This document shows positions 8,359 to 16,851 of a stretch of 64,000 bases of DNA, one piece after another. The stretch spans positions 4,448 through 68,447 of the forward strand of contig PAQF01000079.1 in NCBI GenBank assembly GCA_002709695.1. The letters run 5' to 3'. The position numbers and the translations under genes are program-made. Under the pieces are notes generated by a model that saw only the letters and a program-made list of their open reading frames with translations, was not told where the DNA came from and did no database searches. The DNA comes from Candidatus Poribacteria bacterium. Lineage in GTDB: Bacteria > Poribacteria > WGA-4E > UBA9662. How positions within the stretch are numbered: position 1 is the first letter of the stretch; every line of letters starts with the position of its first letter.

Positions 8359-9453
8359 CTATGCTCGCCATATCGTTGAAGCTATATATCTGGCCCCATC
8401 TGGTTCATCAGCAAAATAGTAAACCGTGACTATATTACCATCTGCTCTTTGGATCGTACGTGGATACCCGATATCATGACTGCCCCCATCATCTCTGAGG
8501 ATAATCTCTTTCCCCCATGTAATACCATTGTCATCGCTAATTTTTGCCAACATACTGTACGGTGCATTTCTATAACCATATGTCATACAGAGACGGCCGT
8601 CTTTCAGTTTTGTCATTGTTGGAGGGTTCCCACCAACACCTGTGTTTTTCACAGGGCGATCCAGGTATTGCCAATTATGCCCATCATCTTCAGAAACATA
8701 CAGATCTACGTAATTCTTGGCCTGTTCCCAATTTTCATTATCTTCTCTTGTTCGCACCGCCACTAGTATATGAGATTCAGATAACCGAATGCTAGCTGGC
8801 ATAATTTCAAAACCAGTCGGTTCTTCGCCAATAGCTGATAATAATTGAAACGATTTCCCTCCATCAGATGTTCTGGCACAAAACACACGACCTTCCTTGC
8901 CATTAGATTTAGCTGCGGTCAAAAAAAGGAGACATGTATTCGAACCTGTAACTAGATAATCTGTTCGAGCTGCAATCCCGCGAAATCCAAACATAGGAAG
9001 TTTGAATGGGCCTTCCCATGTATGGCACCTATCAATTGAAGTATAAAACCATGAAACAGCACCACCAGCCACTCCAGTTCGAGCACACATAAGCGCAAAA
9101 TCAGGATGTGCAAAATTGATGCCTCCACTAGAAATGCCTAGTCCTTGGTTAAGCTCTGAAGACTCTCCAATTTCTAAAGATTTTTGAACATGCTCGTCTG
9201 CTGACAACCCTCTACCTCCTGGTGTTTGACACGGCATTTCCTGTACTTTCCATGTTTCACCTCCATCGAGACTGCGAGCTTGCATCGTAACGAAAGGTCT
9301 ACTCCTATCACGGGTATGAAATCCAGCGTCCGATTGATGATAACCGAGTGTAAACCCAACAACAATTTCATCATCCCATGACCATATCCCATAGTTAGCT
9401 GGCCAGCCTGCATACCGCCCTTTTTGATTGTAAATTGTCACATGTTCGAACAT
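8359..9453 (-). CDS. BNR/Asp-box repeat protein (sialidase-like beta-propeller glycosidase)
   Basis: Four Asp-box motifs SxDxGxTW: SLDGGETW, TSDGGKSF, SEDDGHNW and SDDNGITW. Confidence 0.75.
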   Translation of the reverse strand: MFEHVTIYNQKGRYAGWPANYGIWSWDDEIVVGFTLGYHQSDAGFHTRDRSRPFVTMQARSLDGGETWKVQEMPCQTPGGRGLSADEHVQKSLEIGESSELNQGLGISSGGINFAHPDFALMCARTGVAGGAVSWFYTSIDRCHTWEGPFKLPMFGFRGIAARTDYLVTGSNTCLLFLTAAKSNGKEGRVFCARTSDGGKSFQLLSAIGEEPTGFEIMPASIRLSESHILVAVRTREDNENWEQAKNYVDLYVSEDDGHNWQYLDRPVKNTGVGGNPPTMTKLKDGRLCMTYGYRNAPYSMLAKISDDNGITWGKEIILRDDGGSHDIGYPRTIQRADGNIVTVYYFADEPDGARYIASTIWRA

Positions 9454-9588
9454 ATTTTTTAGATTACTCCATTTGATAATAAGGTTTGCTCCGCCTAAAT
9501 ATTGTCTTCGAAACCCACCGTGGCGAGTGCTAACTTATGAAACAATTTTTTTTAAAGATTAAGCTGGAAGCTAAGGTCAGCTTGTACT

Positions 9589-10356
9589 TCATATCATCCC
9601 ACGTGAACGAAGATAGCCGAAGCTCAACCTCGCAGATTCTAGAGGTGGCCGAACACAACGGTCTTGCTCTACTACATACCACTCAACCCCTGCATCTGGT
9701 GAGACAGTAAAGATATTATCCCAATCCAAAATACCATATCCTACTTCCGCAAAAGGACAATCTTGATTTTCCGGGTCTGGAACGCGATCTTTAATATGCA
9801 ATCGAGGCAAACGTCCAGCATATTTTTTAATGTACTCAACAGGATCTTCTCCTCCTGTTTGTACCCAATATGTGTCTAATTCTGCTTGAATGTCAGATGC
9901 AGGTATGGTATCGAACAAATAATCTAATCCATATTTACCGTTAATCTTGGTTTCAAACTCAAAGGCATGATTATGGTAAAGGATACGTAGCCCCGCTTCT
10001 TTTGCTTTAGCACACCCCTCGGTAAGAGCTTCTATTACGGATACCCAATCTCCATTATATTGCTGAAGTTCACCACCAATGCCACACATCAGGGTATCGA
10101 TTCCTAATTCCTTACATTGGTCAGAAATCTTATGTATATTATGTCTCATTTCTACAGTTGAAACTCCACTACCAATTAATTTCAGACCATTATCAGTAAG
10201 TAGTTTGAGAAAATCGACATTGCTCATTCCTGCGGGAGGACCGCCTTCAACGCCCTGATAACCTATCTCGGATACTTTTTGGATCGTCTGAACCGGATTT
10301 TCAGCCAAGTCATCTCGAACTGTATATAATTGCAACGCTATTGGGATTTTTCCCAT
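9589..10356 (-). CDS. Sugar phosphate isomerase/epimerase (xylose-isomerase-like TIM barrel)
   Basis: 255 aa. Typical N-terminus IALQLYTVRD, then YHNHAFEF and ELDTYW, as in the AP_endonuc_2 / IolE-like family. Confidence 0.75.
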   Translation of the reverse strand: MGKIPIALQLYTVRDDLAENPVQTIQKVSEIGYQGVEGGPPAGMSNVDFLKLLTDNGLKLIGSGVSTVEMRHNIHKISDQCKELGIDTLMCGIGGELQQYNGDWVSVIEALTEGCAKAKEAGLRILYHNHAFEFETKINGKYGLDYLFDTIPASDIQAELDTYWVQTGGEDPVEYIKKYAGRLPRLHIKDRVPDPENQDCPFAEVGYGILDWDNIFTVSPDAGVEWYVVEQDRCVRPPLESARLSFGYLRSRGMI

Positions 10357-10445
10357 TTAAGTCTCCTTCTTCCACCATTATTTTATATTAACACAGTCTA
10401 CATTCAATTCCAACAATTGACACGAAATACTACGATTACTATAAT

Positions 10446-11351
10446 ATGAAAATAGAAAAGGAAAACATTATGAACGTAGCGATGATGCTAATTGGATTAG
10501 TAACAGCCTCTGCACATGACCTGATTCTATCCAAAGCACAGCATTATTTTGCTGATAATGAAGGCGTTAAGATTCACTACGTTGTAGTAGGAGATGGCCC
10601 ATTGGTAGTAATGATCCATGGGTTCCCTGATTTCTGGTACTCTTGGCGAAATCAAATGGCAGGATTATCAGATAAATTCCGAGTAGCAGCTGTTGATCTA
10701 CGTGGATACAATCTTAGCGGAAAACCTCAGGGGGTCGAAAATTATACTATGTCTCGATTGGTAAGTGACATTTTGACCGTCATCCAGCATTTAGGTGAAG
10801 AAAGAGCCATCGTTGTCGGACATGATTGGGGTGGAGCAATCGCTTGGGCTATTGCCATGACCCAACCCAATATTTTGGAAAAATTGATTATCTGCAATTT
10901 GCCTCATTTGAAAGGGTTACAAAGAGAATTAACGCGCAACCCAGAACAACAAAAGCACAGCCAGTATGCTCGAGATTTCCAACAACCCAACGCACACCTA
11001 AAACTGACAGCAGAAATTTTAGCTGAGTGGGTTACGAATCCAGACACCAAAAAATTATATATTGAGGCTTTTGAAAAGTCTGATTTAGAGGCAATGCTGA
11101 ATTATTATAAAGCTAACTATCCGAAGCCGCCATATGTAGAAAATGACTCTCCAGTTGTCAAGGTGAAGTGCCCAGTTCTAATGTTCCATGGGTTAGAAGA
11201 CTCGGCATTGTTGCCAGGTGCACTGAATGACACATGGAAATGGATCGACAACGAATTGACACTAATGACGATTCCTGATGCAGGGCATTTTGTTCAACAT
11301 GACGCCTCAGAGCGTGTCACTCAGGTCATACGCCGTTGGCTTCTTGAATAA
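10446..11351 (+). CDS. Alpha/beta hydrolase, epoxide-hydrolase-like
   Basis: Contains [13 protein letters not shown] (HGxP oxyanion motif), GHDWGG (nucleophile elbow with Asp) and a C-terminal DAGHFVQHD. The start may be the internal ATG at 10470. Confidence 0.8.
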   Translation: MKIEKENIMNVAMMLIGLVTASAHDLILSKAQHYFADNEGVKIHYVVVGDGPLVVMIHGFPDFWYSWRNQMAGLSDKFRVAAVDLRGYNLSGKPQGVENYTMSRLVSDILTVIQHLGEERAIVVGHDWGGAIAWAIAMTQPNILEKLIICNLPHLKGLQRELTRNPEQQKHSQYARDFQQPNAHLKLTAEILAEWVTNPDTKKLYIEAFEKSDLEAMLNYYKANYPKPPYVENDSPVVKVKCPVLMFHGLEDSALLPGALNDTWKWIDNELTLMTIPDAGHFVQHDASERVTQVIRRWLLE

Positions 11352-11363
11352 GAAGGATTATAT

Positions 11364-11576
11364 ATGTTAAACAGATGTAATTTTTGTGGGCATCTTTCCC
11401 CAATGGTTTTCGTACATGGTCATTATCAATGTACAAAGTGCCACCAAGTTTGTATCACTTGTTGCGAAGGAAGTTCTAATTGTGAAATACAAATTCCTAT
11501 GGGTGAGGGAACTCAAAAAACAAACATTCCCATTGATAATGTAGCAAAAAAACGAAAATCTGAAACTCAGGCTTGA
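11364..11576 (+). CDS. Small Cys-rich (zinc-ribbon-like) hypothetical protein
   Basis: 70 aa with CNFC ... CTKC ... CITCC ... C. Starts 12 nt after the hydrolase stop. Confidence 0.35.
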   Translation: MLNRCNFCGHLSPMVFVHGHYQCTKCHQVCITCCEGSSNCEIQIPMGEGTQKTNIPIDNVAKKRKSETQA

Positions 11577-11784
11577 AAAACGTAGAGAACATTCTGATCT
11601 AATCAGGCTTGACTATGTTTTGATCAGTTTCGATCTACTTTTGTCATCTATTGTTGGACCTGAAATGGATCAGCATCTTTTCACCTGTTGCCATTAATGC
11701 CATGTGCAATCGTTCCAAGCCATTATTCTAGAAATATGGTCAACAACCTACTCTCATAATTTAGGATCAGCAAACAACATTTCT

Positions 11785-12237
11785 TTAGCGGTTTATAGTG
11801 TTTTCTAAGCCGTCCGCTCCCATAAATACTACAAAAACGGCAACGGGCTGATCTGTTTTGTTAGACGCATTGTGCCATACGTCAGCAGCACCTACCCATG
11901 CCTCTCCTTTTGAAAAAGTATGTGCATGTATGTCGCCATCTGTCTCAAATTCGATCGTGGATGTTCCTTCCATAACATAAGCATGGAGTGGCACCATATG
12001 TTTATGCCAACCCGTTTCTTCACCTGGTTGGAGGACTCTAATGACACTTGTAACTTCAGCCGGCTGCTGAGTGGGATAAATTATTGGTTGTTCCAAGACA
12101 TTGAGCCGTTGAGCCTCTAGCAATTTTTGTGTAGTCAAGGATGGGTTTTTCGCACAACCAGAAAACAAAACTATTAAAGTCAATACTATGATCTTTTTCA
12201 TCTGAAAGTCCTTTTTTAAGATTGATAAGATGCTCAA
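11785..12237 (-). CDS. Cupin-domain lipoprotein
   Basis: Signal peptide with lipobox LFSGC. Cupin motif GEETGWHKHMVPLHAYVMEG ... VWHNASN. Confidence 0.6.
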   Translation of the reverse strand: MSILSILKKDFQMKKIIVLTLIVLFSGCAKNPSLTTQKLLEAQRLNVLEQPIIYPTQQPAEVTSVIRVLQPGEETGWHKHMVPLHAYVMEGTSTIEFETDGDIHAHTFSKGEAWVGAADVWHNASNKTDQPVAVFVVFMGADGLENTINR

Positions 12238-12259
12238 AAAAACGCCACTACCTTAGACG

Positions 12260-12345
12260 AGAATTCAACTCTTAAGTTGGCAATTTAAGCATTCTATCAC
12301 AATTGCTGTATTGGTGGGCAACCTAATTGGATATTGGCAGAAATC
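12260..12345 (+). repeat. Dispersed intergenic repeat family R1, copy C
   Basis: gaattcaactct ... attctatcacaattgctgt ... attggtgggcaacctaattgg aligns with 48871-48975. The 19-nt core attctatcacRattgcKgt also occurs at 40166-40184. Confidence 0.7.
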
Positions 12346-12720
12346 AACTGTTAATCCCACATCCTCTCCTTTTATACTTGATCGTAACTCACCCTAAAAT
12401 AATACTTAGATTAAAGACCAGAAACAAAAAGCTCAAGCTCAAATGGGTGCTTGTTCTTCAATGGCCTTGCCCCTCTATGCTTCACTTGTAAGTCTAAACT
12501 CTCGATTAAAACCCTCAATCCTACTATCGTAAGCAGGATCAGACGATTTTAAAACGTGCGCGTCTTTGGATTTATAAAAACCTGCCTCCTAACTACATAT
12601 ACATAATTAAGAGAATCATCGAAGCTGCCAAGCCTGCCAACAGTACGGAGATGTAGCAAACCCACTTCCAGCACAAATAATCATAAATGTTCCATTAAGG
12701 AAAATTATTATGTGAAGGAT

Positions 12721-12924
12721 TCACTTAACTTCTGGATCAACTTTATCAGAAATGAGTACTCCTCCACGTGACCAATGGTCTCTCTCAACCTCTTCAATGA
12801 CAACCATTGTGCCATCTGGTTTGGCATCACAAATATCAACCATTACATTGGTAATAGCTTGAACCAATTGACGCTTTTGATCTTGATTCCTACCTTTCAA
12901 CATCTTAACCGTAATAAAAGGCAT
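12721..12924 (-). CDS. 4-oxalocrotonate tautomerase family protein
   Basis: Reads MPFITVKMLKGRNQDQKRQLVQAITNVMVDI, with Pro directly after the initiator Met. About 67 aa. The real start is taken as the second Met of the tracked ORF. Confidence 0.8.
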   Translation of the reverse strand: MPFITVKMLKGRNQDQKRQLVQAITNVMVDICDAKPDGTMVVIEEVERDHWSRGGVLISDKVDPEVK

Positions 12925-13404
12925 ATTCATCTCCTATCATATAAATTTGCACAGTAGCCCATCTATTATTGATCATGACATGTACGACTTCTGTCACCAT
13001 AATCGCTTATTTCCTCTAGTATAAATCAATGAAAGGAAGGAGGTGTCCTCGTCCAAATAAATCAAGATTAATGAGTTACCATCAATTCTTCATCTACCTT
13101 CTTCAATTCCAACTTGATAAAGCCTGTCTTTGGCTACTGTGTTTGAAATTATTTTATAACTGTCTTAGGTTATAAAATAAATACCAGTCTCATTTTTTGT
13201 TTCTTTATCAATGTCATCAACCTCATCCTCTGGATCTATGAGCTCCTGCAATTCTTCAACACCTATATCATCCGAAATTTTTGTTGTGTCCATTACTATT
13301 TCTATTTTGAGGCCTCTTTGAAATGTCAATTCTAGCAGTTAACATCCCAGCTTGGTTTCAGATCCGGAATTAAGGGACTCGTTAAAACCGGATTTATAAA
13401 ACGA

Positions 13405-14073
13405 TTATATCCAACCTTTTGCTTTAGCTTCTTGATATCCTTTAGCTCGAAGTTGGCTAGCAGGATTGTCCAGAGCACCATATCCCCATTCATTAAAATC
13501 GGTACGGTTACCATTGTAATCGGTATGTGTTTGATGAATAATAACTTCCAAGCAATCAAGATCCTTGGCCATCTTCCAAGTTTCAGCTTTGGTTAAATAC
13601 ATCAGTGGTGTGTGGATCTTGATCTTGGAGTCCAATGCTAAACTCAATGAATCCTCCATGGAGTCGATAAAATCCCGACGGCAGTCAGGATAACCAGAGT
13701 AGTCGGTTTGACACACCCCTATCACGATGTTGTTGATGTTCTTATTATAAGCTAAGCCCGCAGTGACACTTAAAAAAACAGCGTTACGCCCAGCTGTGAA
13801 AGTCGATGGAAGGTCCGAGTTAACAGTATGTTGTTCAGAAACATCCTGCTGAGAGTCTACCAATGAGGAATTGGAAAAGACATCCTTTAAATTAATAACA
13901 GTATAATTAATACTCAAGTCACAGCAGATTTGCTTTGCTATGTCTAATTCAATAAGGTGCTTTTGTCCATAATCAAAACCAACAGTATCTACATGATCAA
14001 ATTGTTTTAACGCCCAATATAAACAGGTTGTGGAATCTTGTCCTCCGGAGAACATTACAGTCGCCTTAGACAC
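13405..14073 (-). CDS. queC: 7-cyano-7-deazaguanine synthase homologue (QueC family) lacking the C-terminal Cys cluster
   Basis: Contains the PP-loop VMFSGGQDSTTC plus FDYGQKH and DYSGYPDCR. GTG start. There is no cysteine in the last 48 residues (see findings). Confidence 0.8.
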   Translation of the reverse strand: MSKATVMFSGGQDSTTCLYWALKQFDHVDTVGFDYGQKHLIELDIAKQICCDLSINYTVINLKDVFSNSSLVDSQQDVSEQHTVNSDLPSTFTAGRNAVFLSVTAGLAYNKNINNIVIGVCQTDYSGYPDCRRDFIDSMEDSLSLALDSKIKIHTPLMYLTKAETWKMAKDLDCLEVIIHQTHTDYNGNRTDFNEWGYGALDNPASQLRAKGYQEAKAKGWI

Positions 14074-14309
14074 ATCAATCTCCTTTAATTGATTTATTAA
14101 TGCTACAAACTAAAACCAAAGTTAGTGTTCCTTAATTCTCAAGAACGGATTGATAAACCGAGTGTTTGAACCATTACTATCCTGCTCATAATTAATTCAA
14201 GTGAATTATAGTTTTTGGCTTTTTTGTTGGGATAGCAAGCTTCTTGTTAGTACCTAACCTGGCACTTTTTCAATTGGATTTATGTCTCTTGAAAGCAAAA
14301 TTTCTTTTT

Positions 14310-15020
14310 TTAAACTCCACGTTGATTTCCCCACACATCAACGTGAACCCTCGGTGAATATCGGTATCCATGTTGCTTGCAGAGTTCAATAATCCACTCT
14401 TGTTTGCATTGTGTTTCCTCAGCGATGATACCTTGTGGCATCAATACAATTATCTCATCTGGAATCCCAATTTTTGATTGTAAACATTGAACTTCTCCTA
14501 GATCTTTTGGTGTTTCCATAACAAACTTAAGTTGACAAGTATAATTATCTAGAAATTTGCGAATTACGTCAGTTTGGATTCTTTCACGTTGATGCATTTC
14601 GAAATAACGATTACCCGGCTTTGGATTTGAGTTTCGAAGTTTTGGGCTCATCGAGATCAAGTGTGCCCTGACGTCTGCGTAGACTGTGGCATTAGTTTCA
14701 ATGGTAATATGATATCCGTCCTTGTTCAACTTATCACAGAGAGTTACCAATTCCTCGGTTTGAATGAACGGTTCACCACCGGTGATAACAACATGCTTAC
14801 AGTTATATGTGGCAATTTTCTCTGCGATTTTATTGACGGAAATATGTTTATCTTCAGGTTCCCAACTGGTGTATGGTGTGTCACACCAAATACAACGAAG
14901 GTTACAGTAACTGGTACGAAAGAATACAGAAGGCACACCAATTAGCATTCCTTCACCTTGGATTGTATAGAATAATTCGCTGTATTTCATTGGTTGACCT
15001 AGAGTTTGAAATCCATGCAA
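14310..15020 (-). CDS. queE: 7-carboxy-7-deazaguanine synthase (radical SAM QueE)
   Basis: Contains FYTIQGEG, the radical-SAM cluster CNLRCIWCDT and ITGGEP. The probable start is the internal Met (MKYSELF, 14990). Confidence 0.85.
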   Translation of the reverse strand: MHGFQTLGQPMKYSELFYTIQGEGMLIGVPSVFFRTSYCNLRCIWCDTPYTSWEPEDKHISVNKIAEKIATYNCKHVVITGGEPFIQTEELVTLCDKLNKDGYHITIETNATVYADVRAHLISMSPKLRNSNPKPGNRYFEMHQRERIQTDVIRKFLDNYTCQLKFVMETPKDLGEVQCLQSKIGIPDEIIVLMPQGIIAEETQCKQEWIIELCKQHGYRYSPRVHVDVWGNQRGV

Positions 15021-15440
15021 TTAGGTTGCCAGACTTGCCGAAATTTTCAAATCCACGTGTTTTCTTATTATTTACCGAAGAATATTGAAGATTATAACTG
15101 AGATAACAGTTGTGTTAAAGAGACATTTATACCTAGCTTGCTAAACAGAATGATTACTTTAAGACAATCACCTTCTATGTGAATGTAGATTATCTGTTTT
15201 TTTTAGCCTATAGAAAATTAAGTGCCACTAGTTACCTTTCTACCTGCACCGGTATTTCTTTCAGAATTTCTCTCGATTTTGTCTAACGTCTCCCTTCTTT
15301 ATTGCCTGTGTTCTAGTCTTAGGCCTGTCTGCCTCTTTACCCGATGTTATGATCATGTTAATATTTTTCAACCGGTGCTGACGGTTTTCTCTTCAATAAT
15401 GTAGAGTCAAAGCTCAATAGCCCTTTTAGTAAATAATTGT

Positions 15441-16385
15441 TTGGAGATAAACTTAATGAAGTCTTTTTATCTTGTACTTCCTCTTGTGTCAGTCTTAATA
15501 TCAGTTGTACTTGCGGAAAAAAAATCCGATTCATCAGACGAGAAAATCATGCTTAGTCTTAAAAAAACGGCTAGAGATTACCCACTAAAAGTAATGAGTT
15601 TTAATATTCGTCTTAACAATCCCGAAGATGGGTTTAACACCTGGTCCCATAGGAAGAAAATGGTACAAAGTATGATTCTTTTTCACCAAGCTGATCTAAT
15701 TGGTGTTCAAGAGTCACTCGATGAACAAATGGACGATCTATCTATTTTGCTTCCCAACCATCGTTCAGTTGGTGTTGGGCGTGACGATGGGGCCAAAAAA
15801 GGCGAGTATTGTGGTATTTTTTACAATTTTAATCGTTTTAATCTATTAGAGCATAACACAATATGGCTATCCGAAACACCAGAGGAACCAGGTCCAGGTT
15901 GGGATGCAAGTTTGAATCGGATATTGACTTGGGCTAAATTCCAAGACATCTATACCAATCAAATTTTTTTTCACTTCAACACTCACTTTGATCACAGAGG
16001 GAAAATAGCTCGGCAAAAGAGTGCAGAATTAATGCTTTCGACCATTACAACACTGAATACAGAAAGAAAACCTGTTTTGGTAACAGGAGATTTTAATGCA
16101 CGACCAGATTCTGTACCCTACCAGATTCTGACAAGGAGTAAAAACTTTGAGCCTATCAAAGATGCAAAGTCATTGTCAATACAAGCTCCTCATGGGCCTG
16201 AAGGAACATGGAGTGGATTTAGCTTTCCAGGAAAACCTGGAAAAAGAATCGATTATATTTTTATTAAACATAATATTCGTGTGTTACGATTTGGGACATT
16301 AAGCGAATCTTGGGAAGGTCGATTTCCTTCAGATCATTTACCTGTTTTTGCTGAAATAGTTCTTAATGAGATTCCTAGTGAATGA
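15441..16385 (+). CDS. Secreted endonuclease/exonuclease/phosphatase (EEP) family protein
   Basis: Signal peptide, then MSFNIR, GVQE, TGDFNA and a C-terminal SDHLPV, which are the EEP catalytic motifs. The probable start is the ATG at 15456. Confidence 0.8.
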   Translation: MEINLMKSFYLVLPLVSVLISVVLAEKKSDSSDEKIMLSLKKTARDYPLKVMSFNIRLNNPEDGFNTWSHRKKMVQSMILFHQADLIGVQESLDEQMDDLSILLPNHRSVGVGRDDGAKKGEYCGIFYNFNRFNLLEHNTIWLSETPEEPGPGWDASLNRILTWAKFQDIYTNQIFFHFNTHFDHRGKIARQKSAELMLSTITTLNTERKPVLVTGDFNARPDSVPYQILTRSKNFEPIKDAKSLSIQAPHGPEGTWSGFSFPGKPGKRIDYIFIKHNIRVLRFGTLSESWEGRFPSDHLPVFAEIVLNEIPSE

Positions 16386-16419
16386 GGAAACCCAAAATCA
16401 CTGCAAGAATCACAATGAA

Positions 16420-16605
16420 CTGCAGTTTACTATGTCTAACCTGAGCAACAACATTCAGAATATCGAGGCCTCACGATCAAGTGTCGAGAATGCGGACTTC
16501 GCCTCTAAAGCAACAGCTAAAAGTCAAATACTAGAGCAATCAGTGACGGTGATACTGTTCCAATCCTCATCTTTATTGCAAAATATCTTAGGATTTTCAA
16601 GATAA
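16420..16605 (+). pseudogene. Flagellin C-terminal remnant (about the last 60 codons, no N-terminal part)
   Basis: Reads LQFTMSNLSNNIQNIEASRSSVENADFASKATAKSQILEQSVTVILFQSSSLLQNILGFSR*. This matches the flagellin C-terminal pattern (NL..N...A.SRI.DAD.A.E...L...QIL.Q....L.QAN..PQ..L.LL). It starts inside or just after the EEP gene 3' end. Confidence 0.75.
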
Positions 16606-16639
16606 GCCTTTTCCTAAGAATCTGGCTGATCACAACGAA

Positions 16640-16725
16640 TATCCTTGGGTTCTATGTGCCCGATTGACGTGAGTAATGCCTACCAATACCTCACCGCGTA
16701 ATATTGAGATTGTTTTAGGAAATAT
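16640..16725 (-). repeat. Partial R1-family copy / flagellin-downstream homology block
   Basis: The reverse complement (gcggtgaggtattggtaggcattactcacgtcaatcgggcacatagaaccc) aligns with 48927-48975 (gcgatgaggtattggtaggaatcgatcacactaattgggcgcatagcccc). Confidence 0.65.
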
Positions 16726-16851
16726 AAAATTGCTTGACACTAATATATATATATTCTATTTTAGTGATATGTTGGAGAGGTCATGTTCATCAATCAATAG
16801 GAAATTTTGCGAGCTCTTATAGGTTACAGTTTAATCTCGTATTTTTAGAAG

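Noticed and set aside
13405-15020. queC-queE as part of a 7-deazaguanine DNA-modification (Dpd-like) or QueC-containing defence system
   Set aside because: No TGT/DpdA-like, ParB-like, helicase, TatD or CD-NTase genes are adjacent. The neighbours are a tautomerase and a secreted nuclease-fold protein on other transcription units. Ordinary preQ0/queuosine biosynthesis is the default reading. Only the missing Cys cluster in QueC is flagged.
15021-15240. Possible preQ1 riboswitch upstream of queE
   Set aside because: I looked on the minus strand for the compact hairpin plus the A-rich tail (…AAAAAACUAAGG-like). There is an A8 run (ggctaaaaaaaacag), but I could not draw the P1 stem or find the conserved loop. 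An Infernal/Rfam scan would be needed for a proper answer.
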